Origin: a virus
Lineage: Duplodnaviria > Caudoviricetes
Strand: one strand, 5' to 3'
Virus record (IMG/VR): IMGVR_UViG_3300034073_002120
DNA: 64,000 bases
The notes below the pieces were generated by a model that worked only from the letters and a program-made list of their open reading frames with translations, was not told where the DNA came from and made no database searches. This document shows positions 17,261 through 25,984 of this stretch, one piece after another. The position numbers and the translations under genes were made by a program. Positions within the stretch are counted from its first letter, which is position 1. The number at the start of each line of letters is the position of its first letter.

Positions 17261-19560
17261 TAGTTTACCTTTACTTTTAATTGTGTTCCACTCTTATTTA
17301 CTGCATCGGTATTTGAAATTGAAGTCAATCCTAATGTACTACTCAATCCTATTAGTGGTAAGAATGTTATTTTATATTCAGTTGTTTTATCTAATATGGT
17401 TGAACCGTCCGTTATTAATGAACCCACTGTTACATAAGACCCTCTATCAGTTCCAAAATTGGTAGGTGTTCCTTTTGTAATGAATTCTACCTTTTCAAAA
17501 CTTAATGCGGTATTATCATAGTTTAAATTGAATTGAGTACCTACTAACTCTTGTTGTAATGGGTCTACCGAAATCGTTACTATCAATTTACCACCAATAT
17601 TTTCACCCATTAGGTATGCGTTGATTTGATTGGAAATTGATTGAGTTGATAAACTCATAGTTCTATATGAATTGGTTGCAACATTACTTACACTTTGTTG
17701 TGCAGAATGTGAAAGGTTTACATCTCCTAACCAAGTTACATTTACATTATATGTGTTATTCAATACTCCACTATTCAAATTAAATGGATACAAACTTCTA
17801 GTTGAGTTGAATTGCGTATTCCAATTAGATTTAGTAATAGCATCGTATTCAGTTTTACCATATAGTTTCATCAAATAGGTTAATGCCGAATATTGTGTAA
17901 GTGGTTGAACACCTGTTAAATGTTGTAATAGTTTATATGTATCTGATTCATTAAATACACCATTACCATCCACATCCGCGTTCATATATTGAATACCATT
18001 TGTAAATTCCAACCCACTTTGATTTCCTAATATACCCCCATTCGATAATTCTTTAAATGCCAAATAGACATCCGTTACACTCACAATACTATTGTATAAT
18101 GTATTTAGTTCTGTTTGGTTATTTGGAATTATATCAATACCATGTTGTTTGAATTCGGTGGAATTTATAAATGTAAATTCTGCTTTTGTTCCATACCACC
18201 CATTTTGTAATCTTAAATAACTTTGATATGTGGATGATAATATTTTTGATGATATGTTTGGAACTATTCTAAATATTTTCCAACCACCAGCATCTTGAAC
18301 ATAAGTTATATCACCTTCGTATATATCGAATAATTTTATTGAATTTACATCAGCTGGAGATACTCCCGTTCCATCAAATTCTCTTGCATCAATATACAAT
18401 CTATGGCCGCCAAAACTCGTAGAATAAACATCTATAATTGCCCATTCAACTTGTCCACCTTCGGTTAATGCTTTCTTACCATTACCACTTATTTTAGCAG
18501 TATCCAAATCATTTGTAATATCTACTTTACCCAACCCACTTAATACTCGTGTTGTATTAGTAGTTGTACTCCATGTATTATTTACAAATGTATTTGCTTT
18601 TGCTGAAAATTTAGTTTCATCTACATTACCACCAAAATCAATATTGAATCTTGCAGTTAATACTTCTCCGTTTGAGTGAGTTGTAGAGTTTGTATAGAAT
18701 TCAGTAAAAGTAGCATCATCAGGATTACTCCAAGTTCCATATTCGATTACATACGCACAATAAAACCCATTTGGTAAATCGTTCCATTGAGTCCCACCAC
18801 TCCATTTAGTTACGGGATAATCTTCATTACCACTATTGTTTGGCTCACCCCCTGCCCAGTTGTTATATTGTCCAACTATATTTCCAGTATATTGTCCGTT
18901 GGATGTTTTGATTAGAGTTCCCTTTTCAGGTCCTGCATCGATTATCCATCTACCTTCCGTTACTTCATCGGTTAATGCGAACCATATATTACCCTGTGGA
19001 ACATTTAATTGAATAAAATTATCTTCATCGGCAGAAGTGATAGTTACTAAATATCCAGTTTGACCTTTGAATGTTGTTGTTTCCGATGCTGCTCTTGCAC
19101 CTGTGTATGTATTTCCGTTTGATATGGGTTTATAGAAGTGTCCATTTACACCATTATAATAATATCCAGTAGGATTGACTGTTGCTGCTACTGATAATTT
19201 AATATTACCTTTCGTTGCACCAGTATTTATTTTTAACCCTTCCAATGCCATATTAATATTAGACATTGTTCCGGTGAATACTATACGAGTTTTATTACCA
19301 CTAAAATTAAATCCACTTGCGGCGGTTAAACCCGTTAAGGTTGTCATATAAAATGATGTCCCTATTGGATATTCTACCAAACTAATTGATGCTAATATAA
19401 TATCTGTTGATGAAAACCCACTCAATACAAATCCACCTGCATATTGCCCTGATGTGGATGGTAGAAAAGATTTAGAGTCCGGAGCAGATACACTCTGTCC
19501 GAACCCTAAAAATGATATAAGTAAAAATAATGTAACTATTAAATATTTCATATTATTCAA
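17260..19560 (-). CDS. Large secreted protein: C-type lectin domain plus dockerin-like repeat plus C-terminal cohesin-like domain
   Basis: Signal peptide; GYLVTITSADEDNFI..WFALTDEVTEGRW..YNNWAGGEPNNSGNEDY..WNDL (C-type lectin, EPN motif); ADVDGNGVFNESDTYKLLQHL (dockerin-like); LVGTQFNLNYDNTALSF (cohesin-like). Confidence 0.7.
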   Translation of the reverse strand: MNNMKYLIVTLFLLISFLGFGQSVSAPDSKSFLPSTSGQYAGGFVLSGFSSTDIILASISLVEYPIGTSFYMTTLTGLTAASGFNFSGNKTRIVFTGTMSNINMALEGLKINTGATKGNIKLSVAATVNPTGYYYNGVNGHFYKPISNGNTYTGARAASETTTFKGQTGYLVTITSADEDNFIQLNVPQGNIWFALTDEVTEGRWIIDAGPEKGTLIKTSNGQYTGNIVGQYNNWAGGEPNNSGNEDYPVTKWSGGTQWNDLPNGFYCAYVIEYGTWSNPDDATFTEFYTNSTTHSNGEVLTARFNIDFGGNVDETKFSAKANTFVNNTWSTTTNTTRVLSGLGKVDITNDLDTAKISGNGKKALTEGGQVEWAIIDVYSTSFGGHRLYIDAREFDGTGVSPADVNSIKLFDIYEGDITYVQDAGGWKIFRIVPNISSKILSSTYQSYLRLQNGWYGTKAEFTFINSTEFKQHGIDIIPNNQTELNTLYNSIVSVTDVYLAFKELSNGGILGNQSGLEFTNGIQYMNADVDGNGVFNESDTYKLLQHLTGVQPLTQYSALTYLMKLYGKTEYDAITKSNWNTQFNSTRSLYPFNLNSGVLNNTYNVNVTWLGDVNLSHSAQQSVSNVATNSYRTMSLSTQSISNQINAYLMGENIGGKLIVTISVDPLQQELVGTQFNLNYDNTALSFEKVEFITKGTPTNFGTDRGSYVTVGSLITDGSTILDKTTEYKITFLPLIGLSSTLGLTSISNTDAVNKSGTQLKVKVN

Positions 19561-21205
19561 CTATTAAATCTATTTTATTACCTTTCGCATCTACTGCATC
19601 TGATAGAATGAAATAGAATAAACCTGCAGTATTTGTTAATGATGTTTTTGGTGTAAATATTAATTTGTATGGAGTTCCAACTTTGATTCTTGCAGTTTTT
19701 AATTGGTCAATAGAACCAAATGTTAATCTACCATCTTTGTGTGTAGAAAAGTTTGTGATGGTAGAACCTGCATCAAATATTATATTATCCAAAGTTAATT
19801 TAGATTCATCATAATTCATAATAACTTGTAAACCCGCTAATTCAGTTTTGGTTAATGTAGTAGTTAAAACAACTTTACCATTTTCTAATGTAGATGTAAT
19901 ACCTAATGTTGCTTTTTCTACTGCCAAAGTTTGGTATGCCATCGGAGCAGTACTCATAGATTTGATTGTATTTACCGATTTATCATTTACTGAATTTGTG
20001 TATTGTCCCGCATTTATCTTAGCTACAATCGCAGATGGGTCTGATGAATGTGACCAGTTCAAATCACCACCCCATGCATATACTGCAAATACTTCTTGAA
20101 TAGGTTGTGTAATTACCACTTTATTCTTTACAACACCATCTAACCAACTTTGATTTAACAAACCACTTGTCCATTTTACTGATGTTGATGTATTTGTTGG
20201 AATTGATGCGTTTGAATCCATATTTTGTCCCATTACATGTGCAAATAATGCATATGAATCACCTTCACCAAATTGGTTTGCATTATTAGTTACTTTACCT
20301 ACTTTCTTTTCTAATGTAGGATATGTAAAAAAGTTTGGAGTTCCACTAATATCAGTTTGAGAATGACCTAAGAACGCCTTATATGCATCCGATACGGTTA
20401 CGATATTATTCATCCAAGCTTTTTGGAATGCGGGTCCAACGAATACACCAACTGAATCACCAACTTTAATTTGTGTTGTGAAAAGTGCTTCACCACTTGC
20501 ATCCAAAGGTAATTGTGCGATAGGCTGTTGTGACCAATCAATCAAACCACTACCATTTGTTTGTAATCTCATCAATTGAACCGAATGGTCAGTAATTGTA
20601 TATCCTTGTGGGAATAGAACTTTTACTTTGAATTGAGATGTATTACCAGTTACACTATTCAACGATGTCCAACCTCCACCATAAATCGTACCAACATTTG
20701 TACCAGTTGTATCAGTACCAGTTGCTAAATCTATTTTGAAAATGTTGTTGTAAAGGTTTTTATCCTTTAAGATATATTTTTGTGTTGCCAATAATCCACT
20801 TATTGAAGCATCTGCTCTTTGTATTGTTAATTGCCCAACATTCCAATCTGCGTTTACTGCATAATTCCACGGTGTCAATCCATATTGAACGTTCAAATCA
20901 TTATCACTCGCACCACCATTAAAAGTAAATTTGTAGTTATTCCAACCGGTGTAGAATGTTTGTGCAGATGCACCTTGATTAAATGCAGTAGACACATAAG
21001 TCAATGCCTTATTATCATACTGGTATCTAAACCAAAGATAACGTGGGTTCTTAATAACCTGTCCTTTTGTTAGATTGTAAGATACAGTAATAGTATCACC
21101 AACTCTTAAATTTGAATTAGGTGATAGTGATTGACTAATAGTCAATTGTCCAAACGATGATAGAGATATTAAGAATATCCCCAAAAACATAATTAGTTTT
21201 TTCAT
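19553..21205 (-). CDS. Large secreted protein with N- and C-terminal cohesin-like domains and a degenerate dockerin-like segment
   Basis: Signal peptide; LRVGDTITVSY..FRYQYDNKALTYVS and LAGLQVIMNYDESKLTL (cohesin-like); VTVSDAYKAF..GDSYALFAHVMG..GGDLNWSHS parallels the motif in the adjacent gene. Confidence 0.6.
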   Translation of the reverse strand: MKKLIMFLGIFLISLSSFGQLTISQSLSPNSNLRVGDTITVSYNLTKGQVIKNPRYLWFRYQYDNKALTYVSTAFNQGASAQTFYTGWNNYKFTFNGGASDNDLNVQYGLTPWNYAVNADWNVGQLTIQRADASISGLLATQKYILKDKNLYNNIFKIDLATGTDTTGTNVGTIYGGGWTSLNSVTGNTSQFKVKVLFPQGYTITDHSVQLMRLQTNGSGLIDWSQQPIAQLPLDASGEALFTTQIKVGDSVGVFVGPAFQKAWMNNIVTVSDAYKAFLGHSQTDISGTPNFFTYPTLEKKVGKVTNNANQFGEGDSYALFAHVMGQNMDSNASIPTNTSTSVKWTSGLLNQSWLDGVVKNKVVITQPIQEVFAVYAWGGDLNWSHSSDPSAIVAKINAGQYTNSVNDKSVNTIKSMSTAPMAYQTLAVEKATLGITSTLENGKVVLTTTLTKTELAGLQVIMNYDESKLTLDNIIFDAGSTITNFSTHKDGRLTFGSIDQLKTARIKVGTPYKLIFTPKTSLTNTAGLFYFILSDAVDAKGNKIDLIVE

Positions 21206-21705
21206 TTTGTTAAGTCCTTTATAATATTTTCACATACTTTTTTCATCGCATTACTTGTTGATTGTTGATTAAACTTACCATCAGTTCCTACAATTAAAGT
21301 TGAAGTTGATATTTCTTCACTTTCTCCTTTTTGTACGGTCTTTTTAATACGTTTATCACCATCCCACAATTCTGCAGATGCAATAATTTGAGTTGTTGCA
21401 ACACCTTTATGAAACACACTTATATTTGTTCCAACATTTGCTACATCAAAAAACAATAACCTAACTTTGATTTTTAATTTCGAGTCTTTTACTAATGGAT
21501 AGCCTAAATCCATCAAACTTTCTTCTATGATGTTTTTCACACCAAATGCAAGATTTTTGTTTCCTGCTAAATTTCCTAATTTAATATCATTCACAACCTC
21601 ACCTACACTAATTTGTGGTAGTTCAGTTTGTGCTTTTAATGATGTTGTTGTAAGTGCAAAAAATGCCACTAATAAAATTGTAGTGAATTTTAAACCAATT
21701 TTCAT
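21202..21705 (-). CDS. Secreted protein, distant CsgG-like paralog candidate
   Basis: Signal peptide; C-terminus GKFNQQSTSNAMKKVCENII parallels VKFNQSTIGTSTKKALDIACSRIL of 14463..15182. Confidence 0.5.
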   Translation of the reverse strand: MKIGLKFTTILLVAFFALTTTSLKAQTELPQISVGEVVNDIKLGNLAGNKNLAFGVKNIIEESLMDLGYPLVKDSKLKIKVRLLFFDVANVGTNISVFHKGVATTQIIASAELWDGDKRIKKTVQKGESEEISTSTLIVGTDGKFNQQSTSNAMKKVCENIIKDLTK

Positions 21706-21734
21706 GTTACCTCCTAAGTAAGTTTAGGCGTAAC
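21706..21734 (-). promoter_or_regulatory. Hairpin sequestering an AGGAGG Shine-Dalgarno sequence directly before the ATG at 21705
   Basis: mRNA GUUAC-G-CCUAA-ACUUAC-UUAGG-AG-GUAAC-AUG gives two 5-bp stems that cover AGGAGG. Confidence 0.6.
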
Positions 21735-21804
21735 CTTCATTAAAATAACGTGATTTACGAAACGAATTTGTGACGAGTGTCAGTAATAAGTATCAAATAG
21801 ACAT

Positions 21805-21833
21805 AAAAAAACCCCACTATTAAGTAAGGTTTT
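21805..21833 (-). terminator. Intrinsic terminator closing the glycosyltransferase cluster
   Basis: Minus strand AAACCUUACU-UAAU-AGUGGGGUUUUUUU (stem with G-U pairs plus U-tract), overlapping the stop of 21820..22713. Confidence 0.65.
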
Positions 21834-22713
21834 GTAATTCTTCGTTGAAATTATCTTCTGCTATTTTTTTAAATTCTTCTCGTCTATCGATTATACTTAA
21901 ATTATTTATATAATGTGAATTATTTCGATACTTATAGTTCTCACAAACAACTAAATTTTTAATCTTATATTGTTGAATGTTTATATCCGTAGTTTTCATT
22001 AGTTTTTCAGCTCCCCACATTACAAACGTATCCTCATAGCCATAATGACTGAATGATTCTGGAATACCAATTCTTCGCAATAAATCACCACTTATACAAG
22101 TAAACCAACCTCCTGCAAATTTGAATCTCGGTTGATTTGGAATGGAGTTACTTATACTTTCCAATTCAATATCACCTTTAATACCTGAATCATTATACGG
22201 GTCGTTTGTCTTATGATAATTTAACGATTTGTTAATATAATTTTCATTTACTAAACAATCCCATGTAGAATCCCAAATACGAACTATTTCAGGTGTTATA
22301 ATTGAATAATTTGTTTGTTGTTCTACTATCGGTAATATAGTTTCAAAATAAGTTAGGGTTCGTTCATCAAACACAATATCAGTATCTAACCAAACGTAGT
22401 AATCTGCATCATTATGTTGTGTTAAAGTTTGTTTTCGTTGTGAAACACACCCTTTAATTGAATCTTCTATCTTAAAATACTTTGCACACCAATCTACACC
22501 TTGCGATAATTTTAACATCTTATCTATAAAGAATTGTTTTGGTAAAGATGATTGATTCCAATTTACCATATCATCCGCAAGACACATCGTTATATCTAAC
22601 ACCCACTCATGTTTTTTACTAAGATAATATGAGGCTCTTCGAAGTTGAGTTAGTGTATTTTCCAACTCATCGATTTCATGTGGTAACGCAAATATTGATA
22701 TTACTATTCTCAT
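21820..22713 (-). CDS. GT-A-fold glycosyltransferase-like protein
   Basis: YVWLDTDI (DxD), FAGGWFTCIS, YGYEDTF. Confidence 0.7.
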   Translation of the reverse strand: MRIVISIFALPHEIDELENTLTQLRRASYYLSKKHEWVLDITMCLADDMVNWNQSSLPKQFFIDKMLKLSQGVDWCAKYFKIEDSIKGCVSQRKQTLTQHNDADYYVWLDTDIVFDERTLTYFETILPIVEQQTNYSIITPEIVRIWDSTWDCLVNENYINKSLNYHKTNDPYNDSGIKGDIELESISNSIPNQPRFKFAGGWFTCISGDLLRRIGIPESFSHYGYEDTFVMWGAEKLMKTTDINIQQYKIKNLVVCENYKYRNNSHYINNLSIIDRREEFKKIAEDNFNEELQNLT

Positions 22714-23507
22714 TTATATAACTCTATTATTTCTTGTTTGATTTTAGGGTCTCTATCATACTGATGAACTATTACAAATTCCTCACCATTTTGATTGTAA
22801 AATTTACCATCTTTATACATAGGAGTTGGTTCGGTTAATAACAATTCACCTTTTTTACACCAAACTGTTCCCAATTGAGTTACAAATCCTTTTTCTTGAT
22901 TAACTAATTGAGTAGTTGCCTTAAATTGTTCTAAATGAATCAATACATTAAATGCTGCCTGGTCAGATAATTGACCTGGATTTGCAGTTGTTTTACTCCA
23001 TCTATAAATTTGAATAAACAAATCTCTCATAGATTCTAAATCACCCACAATAGTTCCTGCACAATAACTAATTTTTTCACTTAATCCAAACTGCCATTCC
23101 ATAGGAAATGATGAACCAGTATTTACTACAGCCCACGGGTCATCTTTAAGTTTAACACATTCTGAAAAAGCGAATAAATTAGTGAATGAACTATTATCTT
23201 CAATCCATTTAATTGGGTCTTTCTGAAATATAACATCTTTAACATCTGTCCAAATAATCCAATCGGTTTCATATTGATTGAGAATTACATACGCATCTCT
23301 AAATCGTTGTAAGATTATATGTTCTTGTAATTCGGATTGAAATATTATCCATTTTTTATTGGTGAGGTATTCTATAACATCGGTAGATACATCATAAACC
23401 AACATTATCTTCTCACCATTAAACCCACTTTTTTCAATCGATTCAACATATGGTTTAATATCATCTACTCCGTATTGGGTTATACACCCCATTATTGTAT
23501 ATTTCAT
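22710..23507 (-). CDS. Nucleotide-diphospho-sugar transferase-like protein
   Basis: LQRF, IIWTDVKDVIFQKDP (DxxD), CAGTIVG, DQAAFN, IVHQYDR. Confidence 0.7.
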   Translation of the reverse strand: MKYTIMGCITQYGVDDIKPYVESIEKSGFNGEKIMLVYDVSTDVIEYLTNKKWIIFQSELQEHIILQRFRDAYVILNQYETDWIIWTDVKDVIFQKDPIKWIEDNSSFTNLFAFSECVKLKDDPWAVVNTGSSFPMEWQFGLSEKISYCAGTIVGDLESMRDLFIQIYRWSKTTANPGQLSDQAAFNVLIHLEQFKATTQLVNQEKGFVTQLGTVWCKKGELLLTEPTPMYKDGKFYNQNGEEFVIVHQYDRDPKIKQEIIELYK

Positions 23508-24268
23508 TATAAAGTTTTAATTATTTCTAAATCTTTTAAGTAATTTACAATTTCATAATTTCGCCAATCATCCGAAATCCATCCTTCTTTTTGCATCCAA
23601 GGTTCAACTAATTTTTTATTTACAACTACATCACCTCCACCGCATTGTATTATGACCTGTAATATACAATCAGACCAACCTATTAATTTTGTTTGAGTAA
23701 AAATAGTATCATAGTATTTCCATAATAAATCTTTACACAAGTCCCACCCTACAATAAAATCAGAAACATTAATTATACATCCACCGCAACAACCATATGT
23801 AGTATTTTGAGTATTACCATTAACCAATTTTATAAAATCTAATATAATCGGTGGAATTGGATTATTATTTTTAACTACTGCAGCACCAAAATTTGTTTTT
23901 ATTATACTAATTGGTTTAAGTATGAAAACATCTTCTTCTAAGATAATCATATAGGTTGAATTAGTTTTAATACATGCTTGATATATACCATTTAACCATT
24001 CGAATGCATTTTCTTTTGGCCAACCCAATCTTCCAATATTATGGTTTGATGCATCGAAATTTCCACAATACCCAACCTTAATTGAATTTATAGAAAAATT
24101 AGCATTCCATTTATTTGATATAGTTTTGTAAGTATCAATATCACCATCAATGTCTACTCTGCAAAATAAATCTTCGGTTTGATAAATTTTTCTAAATAAT
24201 TCGAATGTTTTATTTCCTGCTATTGTATTTTTATACCCCCACAAATATGCACTAAGATTGTTTCCCAT
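23507..24268 (-). CDS. Glycosyltransferase-like hypothetical protein
   Basis: MIILEEDVFI (ExD), GCCGGCII, WSDCIL. The ATG at 24268 is preferred over the TTG start in the track. Confidence 0.55.
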   Translation of the reverse strand: MGNNLSAYLWGYKNTIAGNKTFELFRKIYQTEDLFCRVDIDGDIDTYKTISNKWNANFSINSIKVGYCGNFDASNHNIGRLGWPKENAFEWLNGIYQACIKTNSTYMIILEEDVFILKPISIIKTNFGAAVVKNNNPIPPIILDFIKLVNGNTQNTTYGCCGGCIINVSDFIVGWDLCKDLLWKYYDTIFTQTKLIGWSDCILQVIIQCGGGDVVVNKKLVEPWMQKEGWISDDWRNYEIVNYLKDLEIIKTL

Positions 24269-24920
24269 ACTTTTCAAAAAATTCTGCAGGTGATATTAAA
24301 TTTAATATATGAGTTTTATTTTTAGAAAATGTTTCCCACTCTAAACATTCTGATAATGTGAAATCGGTAATTTTTGTATTTTTCCCCTTACTAATAACAC
24401 CAACACCATAATCAGTATCAACTACATTAATATCTAAATCAATATCACTACATCTTAATTTTACAATAGATTTCCAAACATCACCATTCCATGCTGTTGC
24501 CTGTCTTGGAACTAATTGTGATTCGTAACTAACGGGATTACAATCATGTAATAATATAAACCCACTATCATTCAAATGATTTAAACAATTTTGAATATCA
24601 ATATCAACTTGTTGTGATTCATGCAATCCATCTATAAAAGCTATATCATATTTTTTATCTTTAATTTCAGTCAATTCAAAGAAATCATTAGATGTCATTT
24701 TATAATTTATTTCAGGACATGAAACATTTTCTTCTACAACAGGGTCAACACCATCTTTATTTTTTGCTTTTACATTTCGAATACAATTACCAAAGGCAAC
24801 TCCGATTTCTAAATAATCATTAAAATTATATTGTTCTATTAAAAAATTAGTTAAATCATATCTTTTAATTAAAGATTTTTCTTGTTCAATCACAAGAGGG
24901 TCATTTGTGTTATTTACCAT
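24252..24920 (-). CDS. Class I SAM-dependent methyltransferase (Methyltransf_24-like)
   Basis: YLEIGV..G, GVDP, SNDFF, YDIAFIDGLH, GFILLHDCNP, WNGDVWK. Confidence 0.85.
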   Translation of the reverse strand: MVNNTNDPLVIEQEKSLIKRYDLTNFLIEQYNFNDYLEIGVAFGNCIRNVKAKNKDGVDPVVEENVSCPEINYKMTSNDFFELTEIKDKKYDIAFIDGLHESQQVDIDIQNCLNHLNDSGFILLHDCNPVSYESQLVPRQATAWNGDVWKSIVKLRCSDIDLDINVVDTDYGVGVISKGKNTKITDFTLSECLEWETFSKNKTHILNLISPAEFFEKYGKQS

Positions 24921-24923
24921 ATT

Positions 24924-25553
24924 TTATTTAAATTTTCCTATTCTAAATTTGTTTGAAATTTGTATTGTAGATTCTTTATCATCTATAAAATATATATCTG
25001 AAACATCTAATTTGGTTGTTAAAAACTTATAAAGACAATGAAATAAACCAGGACAAAAATGGGTACTTTTACCTAACCAAGTTTCTTTTAAGGAAACAAT
25101 TACATCATTTAACATATATTTTGGAAATGCATAGAATGTATCTGATGTTAAATTTGTCGTATCCCAACTATTTAATTCTTTAAATAGAAAATTAAACTTT
25201 TCAAAATTAATATTAATATTACAAAAAATATCTAAATCAAACCTTGTTGTTATAATAAAATCTATTTCTTCATTTCTTAATACTTCTAACGAATTTATAT
25301 AAGTATTTGCAGCAAGTTCAGCAGAATTACTAGTTGTTGCATCTAAAATTGTATATTTGGTTGGTTTATATATTTCTAATATATTATTCGTTTCGGATGT
25401 TTTATATGTATAAAGATAAATTTTAATATCATTATCTTTTTTAAGTGGATTTATTACATATTTAAATAAATTTTCATAACCATCCATATATGTATGCATA
25501 CCATTTCCTAAATTGTTATGAGATAATCCTGCTATGTTTATTGCAATATTCAT
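24924..25553 (-). CDS. Hypothetical protein of the type seen in polysaccharide-biosynthesis loci (GT-like)
   Basis: MNIAINIAG start; FIITTRFDL; context within the GT cluster. Confidence 0.5.
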   Translation of the reverse strand: MNIAINIAGLSHNNLGNGMHTYMDGYENLFKYVINPLKKDNDIKIYLYTYKTSETNNILEIYKPTKYTILDATTSNSAELAANTYINSLEVLRNEEIDFIITTRFDLDIFCNININFEKFNFLFKELNSWDTTNLTSDTFYAFPKYMLNDVIVSLKETWLGKSTHFCPGLFHCLYKFLTTKLDVSDIYFIDDKESTIQISNKFRIGKFK

Positions 25554-25984
25554 TATTTATATTTTTCTATATAATCGGAACATATTCCTATACACTTAGA
25601 AATATCATCATTATAAATTTCTGGCATTACTGCTATACTTCCAATTATAGATTGTTTACCTGGATACACCCACATATATTGTTTTGATGTTAGAGTTAGT
25701 GTATCTTCTTCATGCCAAAAGTAGTGTAGGATGGTACTGCGAATCCAATTTAATGATTCTACATTTTTACAATGCACCCAAAGTTTAGAAACCCTATCAC
25801 CCAACCACATATCATCTATTTCATATTGTGGGGTATCGTGACCTAAATACGTTCTCCCATCTATAAACCACAAATCAATTTCAACATCGTATCCTGCATG
25901 AATTGCTTCATCGATATAATCTGGATGATTTTCGTTTTGTGGTAATTTACCATTTATATTTCCTCTGTGTGATATTAGTATCAT
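25553..25984 (-). CDS. Short glycerophosphodiester-phosphodiesterase-like (PLC-like) protein
   Basis: ISHRGN, ENHP, GYDVEIDLW, YLGHD, WVHCKN, GICSDY. Confidence 0.7.
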   Translation of the reverse strand: MILISHRGNINGKLPQNENHPDYIDEAIHAGYDVEIDLWFIDGRTYLGHDTPQYEIDDMWLGDRVSKLWVHCKNVESLNWIRSTILHYFWHEEDTLTLTSKQYMWVYPGKQSIIGSIAVMPEIYNDDISKCIGICSDYIEKYK

